A stretch of 64,000 nt of DNA from Atractiella rhizophila. Its lineage: Eukaryota. The translations under genes and the position numbers were made by a program. Each line of letters starts with the position of its first letter. The first letter of the stretch is position 1. The stretch spans positions 62,001 to 126,000 of the forward strand of contig MU271219.1 of NCBI GenBank assembly GCA_021432655.1, written 5' to 3'. Positions 45,549 to 58,900 of this stretch are shown in pieces. The notes under the pieces are model-generated. The model was not told where the DNA came from, ran no database searches, and worked only from the letters and a program-made list of their open reading frames with translations.

Positions 45549-46716
45549 TAGCATCGATTCTTTTGATACCCATGCTATCGTACCATTTGCGTGCCAATGA
45601 GAGAATCCTAACCAGTCCTCTTCTTTTAACATGCCCTCAACGGGACCACCTTTGCTGTCCTTGCCTTCGCGATGTTTCTCCTTTCCTTTTAATGTCTTGG
45701 AACTTTTCCGACTCAGCGTAGGCTCCTGGTCGACAGCCGCGCCGTGTTCGTCCCTTTGGAGATCAAGATCAGTCCCCTCGGAAGCTACTATGGCTTCGAT
45801 GACGAGGTCGTCGAACGACTTCCCTCCAAATTCCGAGGGAATTTTGACGAGGAGTGACAAGAGAGTCTCAGTAATCGGATCCCGATCACACTGAAGAATG
45901 TCAGAGACAGCGAAGGTACCATGAATAGGAGTAGTGATCCTCTTCAAGAAGAGAAACCATAAACTGGAATGAACGGTAGCAAGGTCCAGCTGGAGCTCGG
46001 CGTTGGTAAGAGCGAGCTGCAAATCTTGGTTGAGTGTTGAGGATGAGGTTTGTGACGAGAGGGCGTACTTTGCTAATGATTGAAGTCTCCTCTGTTGTCT
46101 GACCATCCACTACCACTGGTTTACGGGAACGAGCAGCCTCCACAATTCTTGACAGATAGTGTTGGGCTACCTTCCAACCCTTCTCTTCCGCCGACATTTG
46201 AGGCACGTCGCTAACTGTGAACTGGCAATCGGTAATAATACCTTTGGAGCGATCGTCCTCGGGGTCCCTGAAAACAGCAACGTCAGATTGATAGTTGAAG
46301 GTTGGAAGGCTCATAGCACTGAAAATTTCTGTCAACACTAGTCCATAAGCTACCTCAAACAGAGGTCGAACATCAGTTTCCGGAGAAAGTTTGCGGGCTT
46401 TGAGAGTCCTGTCGGTATATTGAAGAGCACCATCGATATGTTTGATAGCCTCAGGATTAATAACCCAGGGGCACGACTCCGAAGTTAAATAATCGTGAAA
46501 TCGCTGTCTCGCAATTTCCGTCAATTTGGGGCAATAGATCAATTTCTGGGGAAGTCCTGGGAATGGGAATGTGAGGGCATGCGGCTTTTTGTAAGGTGAC
46601 GTTTCCGGTTGCCAACCAAGCTGTTGCTGAGATGCAGTCGGCTGGTGGTTGAGTGGCCGTTTCGGGAGCCTCTTTATGTGCTCTGAAAGAAACTGACGAA
46701 GTTTCAATGAAGACAT
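45549..46716 (-). CDS. N-terminal half of a paralogue of the 41.1-42.9 kb kinase-like gene; 3' part lies in the gap
   Basis: 45549-46336 is highly similar to 42102-42892. Open frame from MSSLKLRQF, with one GTACGC..TTGCAG intron near 46068-46017. Confidence 0.6.
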
Positions 46717-48605
46717 TTTGGCCAGTCGTGACGCGTGCAAACGTTGTAAAAGAAAGCCTTATATCCTTTAGAGTGAGACTCAGAGCTCGTTAACAGGGAA
46801 AGCTTACGCTTACCCTGAGCAGTGCAACTTCTGCGCAGGAGACTCTCATTCGTGTGTTCGCCGCTCTTCGTCGTTACCTTCAATTTCAACTAGTCATATT
46901 TCAACCAGTTGGAGAACTGGGCTCGGAGAGTTGAGGCATAGAGCCGTTTTAAATGGTCCTGGCGGTCCTAAGTCATTTAGTCCAAACAAAGGACAACAAC
47001 TCTCAACAAGACACTGGGACTTGAAGTGATAAGAATATTTTGACCGGAATATATCAAAAGTATGTGCTTATTATCTTCAGAAAAGAATGCAAGGTTGCAT
47101 TGAGGTCTCGCTAATTTTGTCTTCGTTTTGTGACGGAGTTTCCCTATTCGCTGGCACTCAGCATTGCTCTACTTAAATCTGCCATCCTGTTTCCTGCTCT
47201 GTTGTCCGAATGTTTCCTGTACGGAATATCAATGATCGTCAAGCTACCCAGCTGCGAGCTTCATTAATCTATCAACGGAAGTGTGTGGACATGAATTCAA
47301 GAGACCATGACTTCCCTCCTTAACTAACCTCCAACAAAAGAGGACATGTCAACAGTGCATAGTTTTATGCGTGCTTGCACGGGTCGTCGATGCCAGCGAT
47401 GTTCTTTACTGATAGATGACGTGGCGATGAGTTATCGAATCTTGGGGCCACCAAGCGTATTAGGCAATTTGGGCTGTCGAATCAGCGATGATGCTCACTG
47501 GCAGTCTGTTGGCGCTCGCCAGTTGGTCAAAGTTCAAACTTGAATATGCTGTTTCAAAGTCAATGTAATCGTCCCAATCCTCTCCACTATGCAGCCACCG
47601 CGTACTTCGAATTGATGAAGTAAAGTTGTTTTCAAGTAAAGTGTCCAGAGTTTCCTCCTTTGGATGCCACCCCTTGATTAATTCGTTCATTCCAAAGCTT
47701 CAATAGCGCGTTCCATGTCAAAGGCTGAGAGAGTTTGTTTGCTCCATGCCTGGTTGAAATCGATATCCTCCGCTTTCTTCGGAAGTTACCAGCAGCATCC
47801 ATGATAAAACCGTGGAAAAAGCGAAAGGCTTGCGCCATCTGCCTTCCTGACCTTTCCCTTACTTCCGCTCCCGTCGTCCCCGTCATCAATTATTGAATGA
47901 CCTGCTTCTCCGGACTAACAACAAATTGAGGGAGTTGAGATCTTGATTGTCGTCCAGCCTGACTCAACATTTCACTCTTCAAGGTGTGGCGCACAATGAA
48001 TCAATCCAGTCTTCCGCTTCGAATTCACAGGGATCTTGAACACAGACTCGGGTGAGAACAGGTGAGATTGGACCGGTTATACAGTCAGGCGTGTTCAACA
48101 AATCGAGTGGAAGGGAGTGGTGGGCCAGTGAGTACAGAAAGGATACAAATACCAAGAATTATGTTATCGATGTAGGAGGGATATACATATCTCATCAACC
48201 AATCCAAGTTTGGAATTTATAACTTGAAAGGCCCTTGAACGTCCTTCATATCTTCCCTTAAGCTATACGAGAAAAGAAACACAATAATCGCACACCAGAA
48301 CCCAATACTGTGATCACCAGAAACCCAAACCGGTCAACATATCAACAATTCATGTGAGAAATAACCACGGGACAAGAGAATCTGTGAGAACAGTGCAAAA
48401 TAAACCAGACGGTACAAAGAAGCCATTGACATCTACGAGAAAGTCGAACAGGAAGATTAAGGTGGGAGAGGAGAAGGCGCCTTTGTCCATGTTTGACGTC
48501 GAATGTTGCACGGAACCAACGCGAAGAGATGAGGAAATATGTCATCTGCAAACGAGAATCAGCATCTGTTTGATTTGATGAGCTCTGTCAGATGCTCACG
48601 GATCA

Positions 48606-49523
48606 TCAAGTCCCTGCTCCACTTGGACCTTCCTTCTCCGGCCTGACATCGTCCAAACTCCCACTTCGGACCATCATACCCCTAAACGCGACCCTAACCG
48701 CCTCCCTCAACACCTTCTCCTTCTCCTTCCTCCCCTCCTCCCTCTCTCCCTTCCTACCACCACTCTCCTTCGCGGCTTCTCCCTCAGCAAAAGGCCAATC
48801 GCACACGCTCATCCTCCCCATCGCATATCTATCATTTACTCCCTTTCCGGTCAAATGCGAATGGAGCGTGTTGAGAGACTCCTTCCCTGCTACATCCCCA
48901 TCCCCTTCTCCGTCATCGTCTACATCTACGCCTCCTTTCTTTGATGTCCCAGAGGAGAGGTTGAGAGGTCTCCTGGACGTAGTAGAGTAGGAGGGCGAAA
49001 ATAGAACGTTCCATGCTTCTTCATCGCTCACTGCTTTATCGATGACCGCATCGGAGACTGCTTCGACAGCATCACCATGGCCATCACCAGAACCATGAGA
49101 GCGAGGTGGAGGAATGGCCGTAGAATGGTGGGTACGGTTGGATGACGGACCGGGGGACGAACGGAGTTTCATGTCACCCATAGCGTAGGAACGGTTGGGG
49201 TTGGAGGTTTTGAAGAGAAGCGGGATATCTTCGCTCTTCTTGGACGCATGGCCACGATGCGGCCTCGTACTCGTAGAGTCCAATGTTGAAAGGACTGTCG
49301 AAGTGGAGGTGGCGTCCGAAGCAGATGTCGAAGTGGACGACGTCGAAACAGTGGACTCCAAAGACGTGGAGGTGGAGGTTGAAGGTGAAGTGATGGAGGT
49401 TGACGTTATGGAAGGAGAAGGAGGGAGGAAGGATCCAAGGTGGAAGGAAGCGTTGGGATGCGTCCTCTTGAGCTTGAGACGGATCGTAGTTGGGTCATAA
49501 TCGTGCTCTGAGGCAGCAGCCAT
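48606..49523 (-). CDS. Hypothetical Ser/Thr-rich protein
   Basis: 305-codon ATG-initiated ORF, mostly low complexity. Confidence 0.45.
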   Translation of the reverse strand: MAAASEHDYDPTTIRLKLKRTHPNASFHLGSFLPPSPSITSTSITSPSTSTSTSLESTVSTSSTSTSASDATSTSTVLSTLDSTSTRPHRGHASKKSEDIPLLFKTSNPNRSYAMGDMKLRSSPGPSSNRTHHSTAIPPPRSHGSGDGHGDAVEAVSDAVIDKAVSDEEAWNVLFSPSYSTTSRRPLNLSSGTSKKGGVDVDDDGEGDGDVAGKESLNTLHSHLTGKGVNDRYAMGRMSVCDWPFAEGEAAKESGGRKGEREEGRKEKEKVLREAVRVAFRGMMVRSGSLDDVRPEKEGPSGAGT

Positions 49524-50407
49524 CCTTCAAACTCAGTAAGTTTTACTTTTGACTTTTGGCTGTGTTTTGGGATTGAGAAGGACAGATAAAGGGATGTCTT
49601 GGCAGAGATCACGTGATATTTCCTCATGAAGGAAGTAAATATCCGGACAAATCAACAGCATATTAACAGCAGCCTCATGATCAATGAAGCAAACAGCCTT
49701 GATGGATGTACGTGGATGGAGGTGGATGACAGGTTGACATCGGCTGAGCAGAGTTGAGGTGGGACAGCGGGACAGAGGAAGTTGGGTGGGTTCCAACAGC
49801 GCGCTCTCCGTTTCCTATCATTCACTCTGATCAGAGTTTTACTTCATAATCATTCCTCCGATCTAATGCACACTCTAACGCTGGCCTTATGCTATCGTGT
49901 ATGCGATCATCTCCTCTTCCGAGTGTTTTGAGTGTTTGTACGTTGGAGATGACCCACACTTCGATGTCGCTCAACTGTATCGTGATTGATATCAGATGAA
50001 ATGATTGACAGCTGCGGTGGGTTGCGCTCTAGCGTCCTCTGGCCTCGGAGGGATGAATGTCTTGAGTGGGTGCAGCCGTTGTCTCCAGAGTCATCGTGTG
50101 CTCTTTTCAGCCTTGTCCAAAGTGCGGCTATCATGAGTTTGAGCTTGCTTCCCGCCATATAAGTCTCCATTCGTGCTTCATTCATTCTTCCTTGGGTCTT
50201 CCTCGATTCTTGTCGTCGTCTATCCATTCTCTTCCTTACTCCTTCAGCCACTCTCGCTCTCGGCGGAATATAAGTCAACATTGTTGGCACCTCGATCGAC
50301 AATTGATTCGTTCTCGCGAGCTATTTAAGCATCAACATCGTCCATCCACCGCCTGAACGAGGCACAAAATCACTCGAAATAGCTAGCGAAGCGCCAGAAA
50401 TCACAAG

Positions 50408-53400
50408 ATGCCACCACGACCGCCCCCTGCACCACTGGACAGTGTCACGCCCTTCCCACCTCCCCCTCGTCCCGACCAAGCTTACCCAACCTACTCCTCT
50501 GCTTCAGAGGACTCTCGGGGACAAGCACATGCGTCTCCCTCCAACTCTCCCTCCTTCAACCGTGGCGTCTTTCGCTTCCACACGCCTTCCTCACACCAGC
50601 ACCATGACTCCTACGCGTCCTCTTCCACACCTGGTGCAGCAGGAACAGGGAGTAGAACAGGATACGACGAGGATGAAGAGTTAGAGATGGAACGTCCGAA
50701 TTCGAGCACGCCCATCATTCAGGACAACTACGACAATTCCCACCTAGACCACCTCTCAGCCTCCCGTTCTGCTTCCGCCGCTCCTTCCTCCTCTCCCGGA
50801 CCCACACAAGGTCTCTATCATCCCCAGCCCCAGCAGGGACAGGGACAATTTGTCGACGAGGTCCCTACGCCACGTACCGAGTCGGCGAGTACGATATCAA
50901 GGTCGAGAGGATTCCTTGGAGGGGAAGGAGAGGAAGGGAGCGGGAGCGGTAAGAGCCCCGGTGCGAAGGAGGATTGGACGTTGGAAATGGGAGGTGTAGA
51001 TGAGGAGAGGAGGAGGGGAAAGCAGGTCAGCATGGGATTGAGAAGAGGGTTGAAGAACCGGTTCGTCACTTTTTTTAAATAATTTTCTTTCTTTTTTCAT
51101 CTTTCTTCTCTATTCGCCGCCTTTTATTTTTCAAATCAGATGCTGATTGAACGAATGAACAGACACGTAACTCTCATATCTATCGGAGGAACGATTGGGT
51201 GCGTTTTTCTCATTCACAAAGGCAAAGGTAGATATAGAAAGACTGACATTCGTACTCTCGGCCAGAACCGGTCTCTTCATTGGTTCTGGTGCGTCTTCAC
51301 CGTTCCATAAGTGAGAGACTGGAAAGCTGACGCGATGTGAAGCTAATTCGCTGCAGCAAGGAGGACCCCTCGGCCTGTTGTTGGGCTACAGCCTCATAGG
51401 CACAGTGGTCGGATGCGTGATGATCAGTTTGGGAGAGATGATGTCCGTCCTCCCTTGCTTCCTGACGGAGGAAAGAGATGACTGACCATGGCCCATAGTT
51501 CCCATTTACCAGTCGCCGGTGGACACATCACTCTGAGCAGGAGATTCGTCGACCCTTCCTTGTCTTTCGCCATGGGTTGGGTTCGTCAAGCTCTTCTTTC
51601 CTGCCTCCTATTCTCATGACCTTTCTGTAGGCCTATTGGTACGTCTACGCCATCATCCTTGGCGCCGAACTCAGCGCTGCTGCACTCGTACGTCCCATTT
51701 CACCTCCATCGATCCTTTGAAACTGGAGACCTGATGAGGATGATGGTGATGGGATAATAGCTTGTGTCGTACTGGAACCGAGACATCTCTAACGCCGTCA
51801 CCATCTTCCTCACAGTTATCACTGTGATCAACGCCTTCGGGGCGCGCGGGTACGGTGAACTGGGTGCGCATCCCTTCCTCTCTCATCCCAATAACAAGAT
51901 CAATATTGAGGGTGATCCATCGCAGAGTTCTGGTTCGCATCTATAAAGATTGTCACCATTGTCGGCCTCATAATACTCGGAATAATCCTGGACGCTGGCG
52001 GAGGACCTCACGGGGACGCCATAGGTTTTCGGTTCGCCGTCCATTTCCATTTCCTTTCCCTTATGTTTTTATGTTCGCTCATGCCGATGCTTCGGTGTTA
52101 TGCAGGTATTGGAGAAATCCGGGACCTTTCGTGCAGTACGCTGGCATCAAGGGAGCCAAGGGAAGGTTCCTGGGCTTCTGGGCTGGTATGATTTTTTTGC
52201 ACAATTTATGAGGATGTGGATGCAATGTTGACGATGATGGTTATGACAGTGCTTATCCAGGCCAGCTTTGCGTTTGTGGGCACAGAAATCGTGGCTATCG
52301 CAAGTGCTGAAGCTCAGGTGTGCACGTACTTGACTCAAGGTGAAAAGAGCTAATGGGAGTGTGATAGAATCCGAAACGATCCATTCCTAGGTAGATTCGT
52401 CACGACTTATATCAGAGGCAGAAATCTGATGTCATTATGCAGGGCGATAAAGACGGTCTTTATACGTATTCTCCTCTTCTACGTCCTCGGCGTCTTCATC
52501 ATCGGCCTCCTCATCCCTTCCAATGACCCAGCTCTAAACTTGAAAGACGGCACAGCCGCCTCGAGTCCATTCGTCATCGCCATTCGAAGAGCAGAAATCA
52601 AAGTCCTACCCGATATCATCAATGCTGCTCTCCTCAGTTCAGCATGGAGTTGCGCAAGCTCAAACATCTTCGTCTCTTCCCGAGCTCTGTGCGTCTCCTC
52701 TCACCCTATCGTCCTCCTTTTGTTGAACAAGACTGTTCAGGTACGGCATGGCCATCGGAGGGTCTGCGCCAAAGATATTCACAAAGACGACCTCGTATGG
52801 ACTGCCCTGGGCCGCTATGACCGTTTCCGTCCTGATGGGTTCTTTGGCGTATACGAGCGTGACAGATAGCGCAGGCACGACGTTTGGGTACTTCTCTACC
52901 CTCACCACCACAGCATGTCTCTTGACCTGGTGCGGCATCTGCTTCACGTACCTCAGGTATGTTATTCTCTTTCACTCGAAGTAGATGTTGTTGACCCCGA
53001 ATGAAGATGGTATAATGGAACTCAGGTGCAGCGCATCAATCGAGGCATCTTCCCGTACACGGCCCCTCTCCAACCTTTCGCAGCCTGGTGAGTTCCAAAA
53101 CCTTGCAACAAGAGTGAAAATTAAGGCGGTGTAACAGGTATGGTTTGGTTGGATGCACCATCGTCATTCTCTTCGCGTATGTACCCTCTTATCCTCTTTG
53201 TAAGCCTAGATGGGCTGACTCAAATGTCCAGCGGTTGGAACGTCTTCCTCGACGGTCAATGGAAAGCTTCGACCTTCATAACCAGTTACTTGCCCGTTCC
53301 ACTCTTCGGCCTTCTCTGGATAGGCCACAAGCTCGTCTACCGCACCAAACTCGTCCCTCCAGAAAAAATGGACTTCCAAACCGGAAGCGCGGATCATGAA

Positions 53401-53466
53401 GACGATGACGATGACGGCAAGACGAAACTCAATGTAGCGGAAAAGGTCTGGAGGTGGATGTTCTAG
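50408..53466 (+). CDS. Amino-acid permease (APC superfamily, yeast AAP/YAT type), about 15 introns
   Basis: LRRGLKNR|HVTLISIGGTIG|TGLFIGSG, GARGYGE.EFWF, YWRNPGPF, FAFVGTE, RILLFYVLG, SSPFVIAI, SSAWSCASS. Confidence 0.92.
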
Positions 53467-54184
53467 TCCTCTTTACCTCTTCAAAACGAAAGTGTGTATG
53501 TCTTTCTCAGTGTTTTTGTTTCTACCCCTCGTCGTTGTTTCGTTTGATGTAGATTCAATTGGACATTTGAGTATCCTTTTTCAACCTTTGTTTTCTGAAG
53601 TTCTCATTGTCTCTATTCTTCATTCAGAGTATTATGAAGTACTACAAAGCAAGCAGGTTGACGTTGGATGTTGAGTGTTGATGTTTACCTGTTTGCAGTT
53701 CATGATAAGCAATGCCATCCTAATTTGTCCCGTCAAAGTCCGACTTCCTGGAAAGACTTCCAAGTTCTTTGGCACTGGTAGTGGAAAGCTGGCTGCCCAA
53801 GCAAAAATACGGTATGGGAACTAGCAAGGGAAATTTGATTGCAAAACAACGAGTCAAAACAGGAAATCCTTCCGAAGCAGATGAGGTGATATAGGAACCA
53901 ATCCTTTGAAAACGACGGTCGGGGGATTATCAGAGAATCCCATTAACGAAAGCAACATCAAGAGCACAGCACTGCCCCAACATGGGGGGACTCGAGAGCC
54001 AGCTAGGATATTCAAGAGCGACTCGCGGGATGTGAGCGACGCGCTAAATAGCGATAAATATTGGGGAATGAAAAGTGGGAGTCCAAGGTAAGGAATTCCG
54101 GTTGGTAGTGAGATATAATTGATGGTGGGGATGTGCAGGAGTGCGGTTGTGGTTTGTGGGTTGGTGGTAGGGTATGACGGTGGC

Positions 54185-56781
54185 TTAACGAGAGGCGAGG
54201 ACTCCAACGACGATAAAAGGAACGATAATGCACCAAGAGAGGATAAGCATAACGCGACACCGTAAGCGCCAAGTGTAAATAGCTATTATGGAATGGGATC
54301 AATGGTTAATGAACGGGGGAGGAGAAAGAGACATACCTCGTTGAAAAGCCCAATAGTTTAGGGACTCTTCGTCCTCTATATCGTCCCTCTGGCTCTCTCG
54401 AAGGAAAGCGCTCAATCTCTTGCTACCAGGGATCTCATCTCCATTTGCGCCGAACTGAGGTTGTCGTCGAGCATCTGCAGGCCAACCGTAGATAGGGCCA
54501 TCTGAACGTCTCCGGTTCTCCGTCAGCGGCGTACCCTTCTCCAAATCCCTTTCCTGCTCCTGGCTCCTCCGTTGAAGAATCCTTGAGCGAAAGAATCCAC
54601 CCCAGCGCTCCTTGGTCCCGTCTGGTGAAGTGACAGGGTAGAACGAACCCCAAATCCAAAGCGGGAAGAGGAGGAAGCCGCCAACGAAGAGGTATGCGTT
54701 GGGAGGAATGAGGAAAAATGGTTTGAATGAGGTAGGTACATGTACAGAGCCACTCATTGTCGATTCCGTCTCGCCTTCGGACGTAGTGGACCAGACTGAC
54801 TTCCACCGGGGAGATGGGCGACGGAGAGGTTGATCCCGAATATCACGGATGAACGTTTCCATCTCGTTACTCGGAGTCGGGGTTCGCGCGAGATCCATAT
54901 CAGACCAATGTTGGGACGTAGGGCGGCTTGGATTCGGGTGACGAGAATCGTGGCCAGTCGCTAGCGACTCACCTCTGGAATGCGCAGGTGAACGAAGACG
55001 CTGTCGCCTCTCCTCCAATTTCCTCTGTCTCTTCTCCATCTTGTACTTCTTCCTGAGATCATGGGGCGAAAGAGCGAGAAAATTGGGGTCGGAGGAATAG
55101 TCTATTTTGCTTCTGGTTCTCACCCGCTTGGGGGGCATCTCAAAAGTTAGGTCGATGTCAGGTTTCTTCCTCAGCTGAGCTGGAGGAAGTGAATTCTCTT
55201 CTGAGTCAGAAGGCGGCATTGCGAATGTCACAGTCTTTCCCAATGAAAGTCTCGGATTGGTGGAAAGGGTAGAGAAGCGCAGGCTTGAGCGTTTATTTGT
55301 AACGCCGGTTCCCATTGCCCAAACGATGGCAGCTTCTGTCGAATGCTTCATCCGCATTGGTGTAGGCTCCTTCAGTTTCTCGTCCTTTTTGAGATCATCC
55401 CCATCCGATTGAGCAGACACGAAACTATCGTCTGAATCTGAAAGTTCGTCATCTTCTGGAAGGGACCGCAATTCTCGAGCACCGCTGCTTGTTCGCTCAG
55501 TCACTGCGCTGAGGCCAACATCGATAGAATGAGGGCCGTATGGATCGCCGTTGGATTGCTGAGATGGTCTGGAGTATCGTGGAGAGGTGGGGGAAGCGGG
55601 ATTAGAGTTGGAGTGGGTAGTGGTTGAGGGTCGCCCTGAAGAGGTATGGTGGGAAGCATGGGCAGAAGGGACAGAAGGGGCAGAAGGAGACGATGATTTA
55701 GTGTTCAATAGATTCTCAACCACCTGTACCACAGGTGAGCTACCTAATCCACCGAAAACGAGGCATATGACGAACCTGATATTCCCAAGTACTAGGATCA
55801 AAAACTTGTCCAGTGGACTTACTTCTTGGAAGAGCATTGACATTCCTTCCCTCACTCCTCAGGTCACCTGTGCTATGTGCAGGCACACTTCTCCTTCCGA
55901 AACCACCGGCTGCAAAGGCAGAGGCTGTGCTAGGTGTCGCTTGGCTTCTCGAGCGTGATGATGGAGCAGTAGCGGCGTAATAGCTCGACCCGCTTTCGGT
56001 GCCATGGGGATAGTTGTGGTTAAGCTCACTACTGTCGGGGTAACTACGAGGAGAGGTAGGGCTGCGCACACCAAATTCGCTAAGATCACGCTCATGAGGG
56101 ACGGCCTGAGTGTCGGGGAGTTTTTGACGCTTGGAACCCATGGACCAAGGCACCATCTTCCTCTTCCTCCCGTTACTGCTTTCGGACGTCGTATGACCAA
56201 CGCTGGACTCAGCGGTTCGGAAGACTCGATCGGAGGAGGAGCTTGTTTGAATGGGAGCTGGTTTCTTCCCTTTGGCTTGCGTCTGATTGCGACGAAGAGC
56301 CATGTCTGCGAGTTGCTCGTAGTCGGCCCCAAATCGATCTGTTACGGACGCCTTCGCCGAAGAAGCCATAGGTTTCGAAGGTCCAGCCGTGGGAGAGGTT
56401 CCAAGACCAAGAGAGAGCGTCCAGTCTGAAATATTGGGCCTGCTGGCGGAACCAGACGGGTTCTGACGCGTAGCGCACTCCTCACTTCCAGTCCACAATA
56501 AGCGAGAAGCAACTCACCACATTCCACCATAACGCAGAATTCAAACCCAATTTTTCCATCTGTTCTGCATGAATCTGAGAACTCTTCCCGTCCGACTTCC
56601 CATCGCTTTCTGCACCCTTATCAAGCACCCCGAGCCTTTGAACCTCAGCATCGGGATTGGGGTGAATGCGCTGTTCTAGAGAGACCTTTGGGCGTATCTG
56701 GGCAGTATTATCATCCTGATCAACGTAAGAAGACCTTGAGTTGTTGAAAGTCTTCGATAACAAGTTCTTAGCTGCCTCCAT
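54185..56781 (-). CDS. Hypothetical disordered protein with C-terminal membrane segments, multi-exon
   Basis: Consecutive long ORFs with splice signals. LFVGGFLLFPLWIWGSF and a spliced last exon YTWRLRCRVMLILSWCIIVPFIVVGVLASR*. Confidence 0.6.
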
Positions 56782-57249
56782 GCGGTTCGATTCTTCTATT
56801 TTTTGGTGGCCCTGACCGGAAGAGGTTGTCTATGGGTGAAAAGAGTGTAGGGGCCGCTTCCTCCCTAACGGCAACATAAGGGAGTAGGCTGTGGTAGGGG
56901 GAAGGGAAATTGTTGCCTTCGTCGTTTCCTTAGATTCCTTATTGCCCAAATTAGGCGGACGGAGGTGGAAACATTGGAGTAGCTCCGGCAACCTTCCATG
57001 AGATCGACGTTCTAAAGGTTCCCACAGAACTGGTAAGTTTGCTGGGTTGTGGTAAGGGTTGTGAGGAGAATAGAGAATGATGTGAGGGAATGATTCAAGA
57101 ATTGTAATATTTTCTGTTGGATGATGGCTAACGGGACGATGGCTGCTTGTATAAAGGTAGTGAACGAAACTTGCAAAATCCCAAAATCAAAGCTATTGAG
57201 ATACATTCTTCTAGATAGATCTTCCCAGAATGGTTGTAGAACCTTTGAT

Positions 57250-58900
57250 TCATACCAGAGTGTATCCTCCGTCCACCTGAGATGTTCATTATGTCTGTTC
57301 GAAGAGTGTAAAGGAACCACGAACCTTTAAATCAATACCAGTGACAAACTTGCTTGCATCACTGGCAAGGTAAACAACAGCACCTTTCAGATCCTCTGGC
57401 TCACCCATCCTGCCCATCGGCGTGAGTCCAGTCCATGTTGCATTGAGTTCTGGATTCTTATCGATGATTGCTTGGGTGAGTCTACTCATCATCCTCGTCA
57501 GCGATGAAAAAGAGGAAGGTGAAGGAGACGGACGCTGTGAGCATGTATCCTGGACTCAGTGAGTTGACACGAATGCCTGCTTTTGCCCATTCCACTGCCA
57601 ACGAAGATGCCATATGTTTGACGCTACAGACAAGGGAAATTAGTTTCTTTCCAGACGATATGATATACAGAATGAAAGACTTGCCCTGCCTTCGACACGT
57701 TATACGCAGATTGGCTGTATCACTTTGTGAGCCACTTTGTTCTCAACCCAAACAACAAGAGGACAACATACACCTGTGGGATATTGATAACGCTCGCACT
57801 CATACTACTGACCAGCAGGATACTTCCACCTGCCTTCCTTCTGAGCATATCCCTCCCCGCCTCCTGTGCACAATACCAAGTACCTTTCCAGGATAAGCAC
57901 TACAACTGGAGGGCAAGAAACTGAGACGTACCATCAAGATTTACTCCCATCATCTTCTTCCATTTCTCAACTGGATAATCTTCTGCTTTATAATTTTCAC
58001 AAAATCCAGCAGAGCACACGAGTACGTCAATCCTTCCAAACTTCTCGACGATTTGCTCGAATGCAGAATGCACTTGTTCATGTTCCGAAATGTCACACGG
58101 GATACCAATCACCTGTCGCTACAATCAACGAGGAGAAAACGAGATAGCTACAGGGCAGCGCACTGAGAGCTTTGTCTCTGAAGGAAAGGTATCCTTTGAC
58201 CACTTCAGCAGCTCCTCTACAGCCATTCCAATGTTCACATCAATAATGGCAACTTCGGTTGCTCCCGATTCAATGAACTGCAAGAACGAGGATCAATTGA
58301 TAGGCAGGGGACATAGGAATAGACAAACCGATTGAAGCATAACATATCCTAAACCTCTTGCTCCTGCGATGAGTCTCCTGTAAATCAGCCTCCTCTCTCG
58401 CCGGATTCTGGATACCTACCTCCTGTCACGACGCAAACCTTCTTGTCTAAGCTAAAGCTTTTAAGCGTCCTCTTTGGCTGTTCGATAGGCTCATGAGTTT
58501 GCTCAAGCTTCATCGTAGCAGTATCCTTATCGATCTCCTCCCAAGCCAACTTAGTCTCAGGTTGACTGATCGGGCTCTGAATTCTCGCTGCTTCAGAGGT
58601 CGAAAGACTTCGAATATCTTTGGAGACGATAACAGGATTCATGTTCGCAGCTTTTGAAATTTGTCGGAGAGAAAGGAGGGAAGGAGAGAGGGCGTTGGAA
58701 AATGACCCAGAGATTCCAGATTGGGAGGTGGAGATAGACAGCTTTTGATGACATATTCGTCCCCACGGGGTGGGGCAAGATCGACCGCTGCTGTTCACAA
58801 GACTTCGGAACCCTGGCCCGTTCGGGAGGGGCGGGCTAGAGGGGCAGAGGGCATTGGAAAAAGATGAAGATATCGAGCCAGGACGTAAAGCGGGAGGCAT
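57250..58900 (-). CDS. Short-chain dehydrogenase/reductase (sorbose reductase / D-arabinitol dehydrogenase-like); start 58900 or 58642
   Basis: [39 protein letters not shown] (YxxxK), [43 protein letters not shown]. Confidence 0.9.

Noticed and set aside
44515..45721. Long ORFs of X residues here and at 30114-30413 and 62869-63934
   Set aside because: Artefacts of translating through N gaps.
47460..47889. Two overlapping minus-strand ORFs resembling a frameshifted gene remnant
   Set aside because: No family recognised, and too short to call.
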